Positions 11,005 to 22,677 of a DNA stretch of 30,659 nucleotides are shown here, one piece after another. Under the pieces are notes generated by a model, which searched no databases, was not told the DNA's origin, and saw only the letters and a list, made by a program, of their open reading frames with translations. Numbering within the stretch: position 1 is the stretch's first letter; the number at the start of each line of letters is the position of its first letter. The DNA lies in NCBI RefSeq assembly GCF_006345805.1, contig NW_021832522.1, positions 1-30,659 on the forward strand. Reading direction: 5' to 3'. Origin of the DNA: Octopus sinensis. Lineage: Eukaryota. Both the position numbers and the translations under genes were made by a program.

Positions 11005-13271
11005 ATGCCTAAAATGAAAATTGATCACGAAAAAAAACTCGAAATAGCCCAATATATTAAACGGAACCAGCTTTCAGAGCGCAGAATTGCGGAAATTTTC
11101 AAAGTTAGCAGGGCTACAATTTCACGTATAAAAAAAGATTTCCCTTTTCTTGATAATGGAACTATTTATTCTGATTTATCCGAGCAAACTAGTGATTCTG
11201 AAAAGCTTAAAAATCTCGATCTTTAAGTTTTCGAAAAATTTCACAAATTGCGACTTGAAAAAGTTCCCTTATCTGGACCGACCATTAAGAAAATTGGGTC
11301 GATGGTCGCTTCAAAATTATCATTGAATAATTTCAAATCGTCTAATGGTTGGCTTCAAAGATTCAAGAAACGACATAATTTACAATACAAAACATTGTGT
11401 GGTGAAAAGGGTTCCGCAGATACATCCATGCTCCCTCATTTTTTCCAAGAATTAGATACAAAAGTTGTTTATTATGGTAAAGAAAATGTATTTAATTGCG
11501 ACGAAACTGCACTTTATTTCAAAAATACACCAATTAAGTCATTTGTACAATGTGGTGAAAATTCGTTTGGTTTTAAGCAGCACAAGGAAAGGTTTAGCCT
11601 GCTTCTATGCTGCAGTTATCTTGGAGAGAAACTGGAGCCTTTAATTATCGGCAAATATCGAAACCCTCGGTGCTTAAAACAATTCTATTCTGATGTTTTT
11701 AACGTCATGTACTCTTCTTCTAAAATTCGTGGATGACAACTGAAATTTTTAAAAGCTGAGTTTTTAAATTAAATACCAGAATGCTTTCTGAAAACCGAAA
11801 AATATTAATGTTGTTGAATAATGCTAGTTCTCATAGACCAGGCCTGGCCAACCCAAATCGCATCGCGGGCCACTTTGTCCAAATGAATCCTTTCCGCGGG
11901 CCGCATATACATGTACATACTAAGGATAGATATCAAAACAACACAGATAAGATTTTATTTAGTAAAATAGCATTCAGTCCAATTATACGTATCAATGAGA
12001 AATCTGTTTTTCTTTATCTTCACTTAATTTTTTCAAATCAACTTCACAATTACTAGTTGCACATCTTAATTGGTTTTCTAAGTTTTTATCTGTTAAAGAA
12101 GATCTATATCTACTTTTACTAAACTTAATTTCGAAAAGAATGATTCACATACGTAAGTAGATCCAAAGGAGCTTAAAACTCTTTGTGCAAAAATTCTTAA
12201 GTTGGGATATTTTTCTGCAGTCACATATTGTTATAAAAGTCAATTTTGGATATAGTAGGATAAACAAGTCTTAGTTCACTGTTGCACTGTAGGTCAATTA
12301 TTCCGTCTGCAAAGTATTTGAAACAATAGAAAACGTCAACATGAAATGGAGAAGAAAATGTTTCAAACATTTTCTCATATTTTTTTAGTTCCGAGAATCG
12401 ACTGTCAAATGCTGCAGCAAGATTTTTTTATTCATCAGCGTACTTGAAGAAATTTTTACAATGGCTGATTTTAATTGATTTAGCGTTGGAAAATGTTGAT
12501 CATTTCCATTTCTTATTTGACATTCAACAATGACAATTTCATTCGAAATGCTTTGACTTGATGGCATGCATTAGTAATCAAATTATCCTGTCCTTGTAAC
12601 TCCTTGTTTAATTGATTAATTTTTTCGGTTATATCTAACAAAAGCACAGATCTAGCATCCATTCTTCATCATTTAATTCAGGTAATGTCATTTTCTTATG
12701 CATCATAAAACTTTTGATTTCTTCTCTCAAGTCGAAAAAACGTTTTAAACATTTTCCGCGACTCAGCCATCTGACATTGGAAAAATACACAAGATCACCA
12801 TAGTGAGAATATAACTCGTTCAATAATTCTTTAAACTGGCGATGTTGAAGTGCATGAGAACGAATGAAGTTTATAGTTCTTACAACCACACTCATAACAT
12901 GGTTCATAGACAACACTTGCGCGCACAAATTGTGTTGATGTATCAAGCAGTGTATTACCAAATAATCATTTTTTATGCTTCTTGACTCCATCTCATCCAT
13001 TATTAGCTTTACAACTCCTTTATTTCTTCCAATTTCACAAAATTTCTCTCGCGGGCCGCGGCCTTGGGTTGGCCAGCCCTGTCATAGACTATCCGATTAT
13101 TCAAACATTGAATTTTTATATTTACCTAAAAACACTACATCGTTAGTTCAGCCATTGGATATGGGCATAATTAAAGCACTGAAGACAAATTACAGTAATT
13201 TACTTATCGAATTTGTATGCATTTGTGAAAATAGAAGCAATTTTTTGGAAGCAATCAAAAGTCTCAAATAA
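11005..13271 (+). pseudogene. Tigger-like transposase pseudogene
   Basis: It has CENP-B-type HTH segments (SNGWLQRFKKRH), FNCDETALYF and QPLDMGII. Lesions are an in-frame stop at 11224-11226, a frameshift near 11730, the second catalytic D read as N (LLNNASSH), and the insertion at 11839-13081. Confidence 0.9.
11839..13081 (-). mobile_element. Internally deleted hAT (SPIN/GTF2IRD2-like) nested in the Tigger element
   Basis: TIRs CAGG(C/G)CTGGCCAACCCAA match at 17/18. The 8-bp TSD TCATAGAC is perfect (11831-11838, 13082-13089). The minus strand encodes HCLIHQHNL, VRWLSRG and FGSTYVCESFFS with frameshifts; the N-terminal half is deleted. Confidence 0.95.
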
Positions 13272-13568
13272 ATGATTTCTACGCCCTAAGGAAAAAAATA
13301 ATGATTAATTTACGGGATTAAAAATCGTTTTGGAGAAAAGATTACGCATTATTTCAAAAAAGTATAACTTATGAACTGTTTCTATCTGTTTCTTGTGAAT
13401 ATTTTTTACTTAAAGTACTGTTAATTAGGATTATTAGCGAACCTCGGTTTATGATACAACCTCGGTTTATGAGCCACCAAGTGGCTCAAACCGAGGTCCG
13501 ACTGTACTTAGAAATCTACAATTCATAAACAGATTTTGATTCAGTACGATTTTGACTAGAAGTGATAT

Positions 13569-13975
13569 GTTATTATTAACACACTTATTGTAGGGCTATA
13601 ATAATTATAGTTCCACCTGTGCAACATCCAAAACAATGTTAGTAACGAGTCTCCTTCATTTTCCTCGTTTAAGCGCTGTGAGCCGCAGCCTGTCCAAGTC
13701 ATCATCGGTCTTGAGACAGGATTTGATTTTGGCGAGGTCCGCTTTCAGAAAGACAGGTAACGTAGTGTGTAGGCGTTCCCGGAACCGTGGTTTGTCGCAT
13801 TGGAAGTAATCCTCCATCACCGTATTTGCGGGTGCGGACTGGTCCATTTGCAGTATGTGTCCAAATAGCTTCCAGCGGGATTCAGCAACGTCAATGCAAA
13901 GTGGCCTTGTAGAACACTTTATATATAACGACTCCCGGGATATTCTATAAAGACACTCGGGGTAGCTCTATTGCA
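13569..13975 (-). mobile_element. 3' end of an APE-RT (RTE-like) non-LTR element, opposite in orientation to its body
   Basis: The minus strand reads ISRESLYIKC...ESRWKLFGHILQMDQSAPAN...TTLPVFLKADL, then a short UTR with a stem-loop and a TAATAA-like end abutting AGTGATAT. Confidence 0.85.
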
Positions 13976-13977
13976 CA

Positions 13978-16399
13978 ATGTCTGGAAAACGCCTTAATTC
14001 ACTGTTGGGACTATCTATCGTCACTTTTAATGTCAGGGGAATCTCCAATACATATAAAAGAAAACAATTGTGCAAAGATTTTGAGAGATACAATGTATCA
14101 ATCGGATGTATACAAGAAACGAAGGTCTTGGAAGGGGCTGATGAATCATATGGAAACTACCGTCTAATACTACTTCCCAGCATATCGAAGCACTATGGGC
14201 AGGGATTCATTGTCCATAAGACTCTAGCCCCTGGAATTCATCGTGTATGATGTGTAAATGATATAATCTGTGTTTTGCAAATAAAGACATGTGACAAAGG
14301 AAAATCGAGGGGAATTATCTCCATTATTAATGTCTATGTCCCACATTCTAGGATTGTTGTGAAAGACCCAGAAGTTTTAATCATATTCTACTCTGAGCTA
14401 TCCAAAGTCTATACCGAACTTGAATCCTCTTTTATAATATTCATTACGGGTGATTTCAATGCCAAAGTTGGCGTTCAAAAAGGATTACAATTCATGGGAA
14501 GACATGGATGCGGTATAAAAAACTTATCTGGGTGCTTCCTTGCGAATTTTCTGTCTGTTATGTGACTTATTTATATGCAATACTGCTTTTCAGCACCCTG
14601 CACGTCACAAAACGACATGATGAATCAATCTATATATACAATCAAATTGATTATATTCTCTGTCGGATGAATGACAAAAGCTTTCTGCTTGACTCACGCT
14701 CTTATGGAGGATCAACTGTCGACAGTGATCACAAAATCGTTATGGCTATGATTAGCATTAAAATCCATCTCGTGTTCTTAAAAAAGACTATACCAAAAAT
14801 TCTAGAGAAGCCGGATATATGATCGGAAAGCTAACCTTTAATCTACTTATTCAAGAAGCTTATAAACAACACATTGAATGTCTATTGAAAAACCTGGACA
14901 TGCCTCAGTCAAATCAAGACATTTGGAATAGCGGATAAGCATATCGGAAAGAAGATTGAAACTAGAGGAAAACTTATGAAAGCCTGCCATCCTGAAGTTC
15001 CAATGATATCCTTAAGGCAAAAAAATGTCAGGCTTAAATTACAAAATACTATTGACGCGAATAAAAAACAGATTTTAAAAACAGATTGTAATTCTTTGAA
15101 ATGGCAAATAAAGAAACTAAAAAACGAGCACATAAGAAATCTAATGAGGACTAATATAAATGAAATCGAAAACTTAAAAGATGGTGCACAAATGTTTGCA
15201 GGAGCCCGTCTGCTAAAAAATAAGGAACAAAAAACTCACCTAAGAATACATGACTTTGAGGAAAGAATTATACTTTACCCTCAGTAACAAACAAAAGTCA
15301 TCGAAAACCACTTTGAGAAGCAATTTAACACATTAAATGGATCTCTGGATGCTTTTGTCGGACCCTAAAGAGAATTAGTAATTCCGATTACGTCTGAAGA
15401 AGTGCAATCAGCAATTTTAAAATTGAGGAACAATCGATCTTCGAGACCCGATAACATTAACCCCGAACTACTGAAATACGGGCCATATATACTATTTGAA
15501 ACCATTGCTAAATTGCTGAACGATATGTTCACATCGAATTCTTCTCTACCTGTGGGGAAAGGCATTCTAATCCCAATTCAAAAGCCACATAAGCCGAAAG
15601 GCCCTTTGGAGAACCTACGGCCGGTCATTCTTTTAGACTCTCTTCAAAAAGTGCTTGCACTGATCATCCTGAAGCGAATAAAAGAGCCTGTCAACGAATA
15701 CCTCTCTGCCAGTCATAGTGGGTTCAGACAAGGGAGATCCACAGCGGATATTGTATGGAGCCATCGATGGAGATGCACTATATCTCAAAGATTCAAATGT
15801 GCAACCACGCTTTTGGGAATTGACATGTCCAGGGTCTTTGACACAATAATCAGGGCAAAGCTGATTGAGGTGTTATAACGCTTTTTGGATGAAAGCTCGG
15901 TTAGAGTAATTAGATTGCTTTTTGCCAACACTGAACTTGAATTAAGAATATACTTGGAGTCTGCATTACGAGATCTAAGACCATATTACAAAGGTGGAAC
16001 CAAGAAAACAATTTATGCCGATGACGTGGAATTGATATCCGAAGACAGATCCTCATTAATAGAACTTCTCGAACTTGCACCGGAGCAATTAAGAAAATGG
16101 TTCCTTTATGTAAACAAAAAAAAACTGATCTTGTGGAAGATGGCGCCATGTACAAAAACTTGGCTCTCTTCTGGGAAACAGTGAGGATATTGCAAGGAGA
16201 AAAATGCTGCCATCTGCAGTAATGCACAAACTCTGAAAGAAATGACTATCATATGAATCAGCGAATGTTCAACTCCGGACAAGGCTTTACAATGCCTTTG
16301 TGAAATCCGTGTTAATGTATAACTCCGCCATTTGTGGTTGCACAGATACGGAACTGACACGTTTTAACAGTTTCCACAGAGGACAATTGAGAGTGATAT
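13978..16399 (+). pseudogene. APE endonuclease plus reverse transcriptase ORF of an RTE-like LINE, degenerate
   Basis: APE motifs: TFNVRG, CIQET, NVYVP, GDFNAKVG, NQIDYIL, SDH. RT motifs: RPVILL, SGFRQGRSTAD, IDMSRVFDT, YADD. Many stops and frameshifts; the frame ends at ...LRVI. Confidence 0.92.
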
Positions 16400-16469
16400 A
16401 ACTTATAGCAATTATTACGTAATCGAAATGAAAATTGATTTTTATTTTCATATGAACAATTTTCAAAAA

Positions 16470-18690
16470 GTTCTTAAGTTCCTGGCGAAGTTTCTAGACC
16501 AATTTTTACAAAAGCTGGTCATCCCATCGGTCTTTCCCCATCTCCACGATCTGGGCTTACTGGCCCTAGCACCAAAAGAAGCTCGCTGACTCAAAAGCTC
16601 GTAAGATAATATTATTAACAGCGGATACCGATGAGCTTGTTTAACACTTCGTTTGCAAAGAGTGAGTTGACATTTCTAACGTCTATCATTTTTTTTACAT
16701 CTTCGACGATTTTGTTTGCAGATTTCAAGTCCATTTTTCAGTGCAGTACTAATGCGCATGCAGTCATCCAAAATGTTCCGAGGCCGATTATTGGCATAGA
16801 ATTCAACCATAACCCGGTGTTTGGCACAGTTACAGAGCATAAACAGACGAGTCGATGCAGGTTAAGCCTCTTTGAAAGGTTTCTGACGTGGATTGGGAGC
16901 GTAAATTTTTCCAGGTTTGTTAGAATGATGTTTGGAATGGGAATTTTAATCCTGAATCTTTCCACAGCATACATCCATCTTCAAAAGGCTTTTCCAAAGA
17001 AGATTCTGGGGATTTATGTAGAATCTCCAAAGATAGCCTTTGGATGGATAGTGAGATAACAAAAAGGCGCGAGGACAAGCTCCAGGGCAAATCTTGAGCC
17101 AGCTCCGCCAGAATTAAGTAGTAGTTCACATTGCGTTCACCTATCATCATAGAAATAAATGTTTAAAATAGACTCGGCGCACAATCTTAACGTATTATCG
17201 ATAGATTGCAATATTTCATCTTGTATACGGCAAAGAGAGCATCTTAATAAGCATAATAAGTCGGGACGTGGATGCAATTGTTGAGGAGGAAAAAGGCCGT
17301 GTAGGAGTCACGTAGAGAAAGGCGTTAAGAAAACGGGTCATTTAGCTCGGAGGTGGTTTTGCAATCCGGACTCTCCAAAAGAATCATTAAGGTGTGTTTG
17401 TTTTGTGCCTGCCAAGATTTCCGAAATATTCGCTATTATTAAGTCAAAATGTTGGGATTGAAATTTTTATGATGTCAGTTTTTTGTTGTTGACTTTTAGC
17501 CTTATTTTTGCTAGGGCAGGAACAATTTTAGATAACTCATTCATGAACATATCAACGGGGCCTCCAATAGTGGCATCGTCGAAGTACCAGCGGTTGAAAG
17601 GTGTCTTAACATTACGAACTACCTCGTTGAATTCCTGTCCGGGAATGAATTATTTGTTTGTCAAAGACATGCAAAATTTCGGACTCGTAATTAAGATGAT
17701 CCAGTCTCATGATTTCAGGCGTACACTGCAAGCACGATTCCAACATACAATTCTTCCTCAGGCTATAGAACGCGTTTGAGATATCCAGCTTTACTGCGAA
17801 GGTATTCGGGAAATTCTTACGTCGGTTGAAAAAAACCCTTGTCGCATAGACAGCGGCTTCATATCCGTTGAGAACACTAACTTCCAATTGACCTCGAGAT
17901 AATTCAGCAGCAACACGGAGACATACTCTTTGGGCTGCAATTTTATAGACATTACCGAATGCAATAGAGTGAACACCGCCATCATTTTTTCGAAAAGCAG
18001 TAAAATGTGAATTAAAAAGAAGATCCCTAGCTAAGCATGGGATCTCAGCATTGATGATCGGTTAGACAAGTTTGGTAATAAATTTGATCAGGTAGATTCC
18101 AACTTCCATAGTCAATTGAAAAATCATGTTCTTATATGACTCGGCTAGAGACTATTAATTCCCCCACTGTTACTCGGTCTGAAAAATCCCTTCCGAGATT
18201 TCTTGGTAAGAAATTGACAATGTAGGAGCACTGTCTCGTGTTGGAAACTTCCCTATGTCATCAGAGGGCATTGGATGTCTGTTTTTTGAGGTGCTCAAAA
18301 GTCTCGGCAGTATATTCAGCAAGTGAATCTGCCGACAAAAAACTCAAACGGCTGCAGGGATGTTGCAATCCGTGAGTTCACGACTGACTTGGGTTTCGAA
18401 CCACTGACGGGATTTTTCAAGAAACTAAGTGCATTGTTTGTTCAAAGATCAATCAGATCTTCCTTGGGTTCATGATCATCTGACATAATTTTCAGATTAT
18501 AAGAAAATAGACTCAGAATCCATTCATTCAAAATATTTAGATCCGTTCTAAAATATCCTTCCAAAGATGTGGAAAATACTTATAAATGAGACATCATTCC
18601 TCTACGAAGAGTAGGATTTATTGAATTGTCGACCACTTTTGAAGGTTGGGAAATTCGTGAGATTGTATATTTCTATTCTCCGACGTCAGA
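16470..18690 (-). mobile_element. Degenerate CRE-clade non-LTR retrotransposon (RT plus partial restriction-like endonuclease region)
   Basis: Minus-strand remnants include FRKNDGGV, EAAVYATR, VKLDISNAF, TGIQ.G, PNTGLWLNSMPIIGLG and DRGDGERP. Many frameshifts; the boundaries are approximate. Confidence 0.85.
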
Positions 18691-19420
18691 AATAATTTAT
18701 TTTTGAATGCAGCCATTTTAACTATGTTAAAGACATCTATTCCTTTTGTGGACATTTATAATTTTTTACAAAACAAAAAATCTTCTTTCAATGCACCATC
18801 ATGAAAATACTTAACTAGTGCAATAAGTTTACCACAATAAGAGACATCAGTTGATTTGTCCAACTAAAAAGATATAAAAAAGACTTGATTTGATCTCTAA
18901 TAATTTTTGACAAAATATCATTGCTTAACTCACATATTCGACTGTGAATCATATTATTGGATAGCGGGATTGATTCAATCTTTTGTCTTAACTCTGTTCC
19001 GAGTATTAATGAGAGCATTTCCAATGCACATGATTTAATCAAATTTTTTCCGACTGTATATGGCTTTTTAGACCTTGCGGTGTTATAGGCCAATTTATAA
19101 GAGGCAAAAAAATCGGTTTATCAAAATATACAAATCCTTAGTTAGGAAGAGTCACTTGCGAATGCAAATCATATTGAGTTCCCTTGATTTTTAGAAATTC
19201 AAAATCATTTTTGCTGCTATTAGTTCCACCATGTTTATTTAAAAAGTCCTCTTCCATTTTGGAATGTTTCATATTCTGGTTAGAGAATATAACATCACAT
19301 AAGAAAAATTTGGGTCTTTGGAGATTATCGATTTTAGTATATGTAAATCCAAAACGGACATTATCATCATTTTACTTTATTTTTTCATATTGTGCGTCAT
19401 GCTTTTAATTCTTTAAAATG
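18690..19420 (-). mobile_element. 5' fragment of a second Buster/Charlie (ZBED5-like) hAT transposase
   Basis: The minus strand reads ..NVRFGFTY..RPKFFLCDVIFSNQNMK.. then SYKLAYNTARSKKPYTVGKNLIK..IPLSNN..QLDKSTD. It is truncated where the CRE fragment begins, and no TIR was seen. Confidence 0.8.
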
Positions 19421-19628
19421 AATGTAATTAACTAGTATTTTATTGAAAAAATAATGTTAATCATGACTAATCTAGTAAGTTTTTTAAAGTCATCATATTT
19501 ATAAAATTTTCAAAGCAAAAAAAAGTTTTTGAATCATTTTTTGGTCAAGAATTGTAAACTCTAAATCAAATTCTCTCATTAGTAATAATAAATTTGAGGG
19601 TTTAAATAAAATAATTAAAGATAACATA

Positions 19629-21082
19629 CAGTGCGACCTCGAATTGGGGAAATTTTTCCCCAATTTTGAGGTTTTCCCCCAAAAAAAGGTTTTTCATTAA
19701 ATTTAGGTCTCGCCTGTTCGATATCTCTCTTAATAATATAACCGAGACGGATAACTACAATTTTTATTTTTTAATAAAAAAATCAGTTAATTTTAATCGA
19801 GTGTTTTGTTTTTTTCGCATCGAACTCATAATATTTGCTTTGAATCTGAATAGATCAAGTACATTTTCCGGAGTCTCTTGCTTTAATAACATTTAGCAGC
19901 ATTGTGAATGCGCATTCCGCATTGTTTATAACTTGTTGATCATCCAAATGTTCCATAAATTGTTCGCTGCAGTCCTCTTAAAATGATTCTTAAATGCCTT
20001 TATTATCCCTTGGTCACATGGCTGAATTAAGGAACTTGTATTTTTTGGAAAAAATATTACGTCGACGTTTGAAAGTTTGAGAGAAACAGCATGACAAGTT
20101 GCATTATCAATTAACAATGCTATTTTCCTTCTTTTCTCTCTCATTTCCTCGTTAAATCGAGATAACCAATTTTCAAAAATATTTTTTGTCATCCAGGCTT
20201 TGCACGAAGCATCATATTCAATGCCAATTTCTCTCAGATTCACACCTTTTAATACTCTTGGTGACTTCGTACGCCCAATTATAAGCGGTTTATATTTTTC
20301 TCCTGTGTAACTGCAACACAAAAGAAGTGTCATACGTTCTTTTCTTATTTTATGTCCGCTGTGTGACTCATTTTTTTCAACAAAACTCTTTTTGGAAACA
20401 GCTTTATAAAATAATGCAGTTTCATCACAGTTGAAAATGTTTTCTCCCCCATAGTTTTCAAGCAAATCATTGAAAGTTGATCGGAAGTTTTCCACACCTT
20501 CTTTATCAGCTGATCGTGATTCGCCATGTAATATTCTGAATTTTATTTCGAATTGTTTCTTAAATCTGTAAAGCCATCCATTAGAAGCAGTGAAATTATG
20601 ATTTGAATTTCTATACGCAATTTTACGTGCAATAAGCTTTAAGGTTGGCCCATTAATTGGGAAACCTTTCGACCTGAGATTACGAAAAATCTCGTAAACT
20701 TGGGCATTCAATTCGTATCCAATTGTCCCTTCGGATGTTGAGAAACCTTGAGCTAAGATTCCTTCCCTTTTCTTTTTTAGTCGGTATAGCATTCCTTTAG
20801 AGATGTTAAATCCTTCACAAATCATTTTGTCCTTATGACCCGACTGTATATCCTTGCAAATTCTGATCTTTTCACTTTGATTTAGTTTTCTAGGCATTGA
20901 CTTTCTAAAATTTATAAAATAACTTTAAAAATTGATAATTTCAATTTTTTACCAGGTTAATTATTTCATTAAAAATCATCGTATTTTATAGGGATGGCAA
21001 AAATATTTCCCCAAAAGCAAGGTTTTCCCCAAAAAAGAGGGTTTCCCCGCTACTTGGTTTTCCCCAATTCGAGGTCGCACTG
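19629..21082 (-). mobile_element. pogo/Tigger-like DNA transposon, 1454 bp
   Basis: Perfect 24-bp TIRs CAGTGCGACCTCGAATTGGGGAAA, flanked by TA at 19627-19628 and 21083-21084. Confidence 0.96.
19926..20897 (-). CDS. Tigger-like transposase, 323 aa, DD30D triad intact, C-terminus frameshifted or deleted
   Basis: It has HTH segments, FNCDETALF, LIDNATCH and QPCDQGII, with 30 residues between the last two aspartates. The family-type tail (..KLTDFFIKK*) lies downstream in another frame. Confidence 0.88.
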   Translation of the reverse strand: MPRKLNQSEKIRICKDIQSGHKDKMICEGFNISKGMLYRLKKKREGILAQGFSTSEGTIGYELNAQVYEIFRNLRSKGFPINGPTLKLIARKIAYRNSNHNFTASNGWLYRFKKQFEIKFRILHGESRSADKEGVENFRSTFNDLLENYGGENIFNCDETALFYKAVSKKSFVEKNESHSGHKIRKERMTLLLCCSYTGEKYKPLIIGRTKSPRVLKGVNLREIGIEYDASCKAWMTKNIFENWLSRFNEEMREKRRKIALLIDNATCHAVSLKLSNVDVIFFPKNTSSLIQPCDQGIIKAFKNHFKRTAANNLWNIWMINKL

Positions 21083-21089
21083 TAATTAA

Positions 21090-21240
21090 GATTGGGCCGG
21101 CTGAAAAGAGGATTCTGGCTATAATTTAGAAACTAATCGGAAAGAAGACCTTTGATCACCTGGAAACCAACTGGCTGTACCAGAGAATATGTATACCAAT
21201 CTTGCGAGGTAAATCGTTGCTATTCGCGGTGCAGCCACTG
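21090..21240 (+). mobile_element. CRE-clade retroelement, extreme 3' fragment
   Basis: ETNWLYQRICIPILRG matches the CRE C-terminal WLxQRISIAIxRGN motif. Confidence 0.65.
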
Positions 21241-21289
21241 GCGAATCCGAATTGTTTTACCATTCCATACTTTAAATCAGTTTAATATT

Positions 21290-21665
21290 AAATTCAAGAT
21301 ACAATTATTAAAAATGAAGTAGAAAATGATGACGAGAATATATCTTATTTGGAAACAATAACCGCAATGAATACACTTGAAGAGAACATTTTCAATTTGT
21401 TTCCAAAAGCTTTGAAAGATTATTAAATTTCAGAAAAATATTAGGAATGAAACAAAAAAATCTGCAACCTGAGGGAAATTAACTGACTATTTTCTTATCT
21501 TTTTTAATAAATTTGTTTTTAAAATCTATAAAAAACATTATTTATTAATAAATTTAATAAAAAGCAAATTTAAATCGGTAAACTGTAGATAAATCTAAAG
21601 AAAATATCGAACCTCAATTTTTGGGACATTTTTTAAATAGGTGCTCCAAATAGAGGTAATACTTT
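21290..21665 (+). mobile_element. Probable 3' remnant of a third pogo/Tigger element
   Basis: An acidic stretch (NEVENDDENISYLETITAMNTL) followed by KLTDYF resembles Tigger C-termini. A degenerate terminal-like sequence lies near 21640-21665. Confidence 0.45.
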
Positions 21666-21744
21666 ATAATGATCTGATTTGGATTTATGAAGCTAAAGAT
21701 ACTTATGTGCCACACGACAAGCTTAATGCTGTGAAACCATAAAT

Positions 21745-22140
21745 CCGGGTGAAGCCATAGAACTTCCAGCAAAAAAGTAATTTCACTGCGGGTTTGGTAA
21801 GATGTGCACAGTTAATATGCCATAATTTATTACACGTTGAACAGAAAACATCACATTTCCTTGTGTTGTTGAAACCCATTCCAAAACTAACATGGTCTCT
21901 TCTGCAGTTTCAGCCTCTACTGCAGAAAAAAGAAAAATTGCCAAATATGCAAATCTTGGTCAACGGTATTGTTTCATTTCTATCTCTGTGGAGAAATCTG
22001 GGGTAACCGGTCCTCTAACGACTTCTTTCATCAAAGAAATCCGAGGAAAAGTCGCTATGCGAGGTGGGGAGCCTCGAAAAGTGTTATGGTTGTTCCAAGA
22101 AATCGGAATAGCTGTTGTTTGAAGCAATGCACACTTCATC
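21745..22140. mobile_element. CRE-clade composite: PHD-like 5' piece (-, ~21745-21880) joined to a 3' endonuclease piece (+, ~21885-22140)
   Basis: Minus strand: CSTCNKLWHINCAHLTKPAVKLLFCW. Plus strand: AEKRKIAKYANL..FISISVEKSG..GEPRK..WLFQEIGIAV. Confidence 0.7.
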
Positions 22141-22420
22141 AAACGTGCAGCTCGTAAAAATCGTAAATAGCTTTGCCGCAAATGAAAACGACATGTTGAC
22201 ATATCGCCCATCTTGCTCAGGCCGGTTTGATCACTAGCTATATTTTATTATTTGAATTATCTTTCTCTAAATTTAAAAAAAAAATAAATGTCCCTGGTTT
22301 TTGAACAGACTGGTTTCAATTGTAAAGCAGTCAACACCAGATTCCTTTTGTATGATTAGAATTGAGTTCAAATCTTAATATAAATAGCGAGAAAAAATTA
22401 AAAATCCAGTTACTCCAGGG

Positions 22421-22677
22421 CAGGGGTGGCCAACATTTTTCACCGGCGATATATTTTAATAACAGAATTTTTATTTTATAATTAAAAGTTAATGGGATTT
22501 TTGGCATTGTAATTCTCTTGCGATTATTTTGAATTCTGACTTATATGAGCTTAGTGTTATTCTCACGGAATCATCAAGATCCGTTAAACAGGTCCTGTAT
22601 TGTCTTGTATCCCGTATTTATATAGCGAAGGCGATTGACCAAGAAATGCGCCGCGATCGACTGGTTGGCCACCCCTG
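22421..22677 (-). mobile_element. 257-bp non-autonomous hAT deletion derivative (SPIN/GTF2IRD2-like)
   Basis: Perfect 14-bp TIR CAGGGGTGGCCAAC. The flanks CTCCAGGG and GTCTAGAG match at 5/8, consistent with an aged TSD. It retains the last ~37 transposase codons (YRTCLTD...CQKSH*). Confidence 0.85.

Larger units (their letters stand above)
10719..13504 (+). mobile_element. pogo/Tigger-like DNA transposon, disrupted by a nested hAT
   Basis: TA flanks both ends. TIR CAGTCGGACCTCG is 13 bp perfect and 22 bp with 2 mismatches. Subterminal CCTCG..ATGA repeats occur at both ends. Confidence 0.93.

Noticed and set aside
22269-22289. AATTT-A10-TAAAT shared with the minus-strand CRE tail near 30315-30335, a possible common target site
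   Set aside because: It is low complexity in an AT-rich genome and lies at different distances from the element ends.
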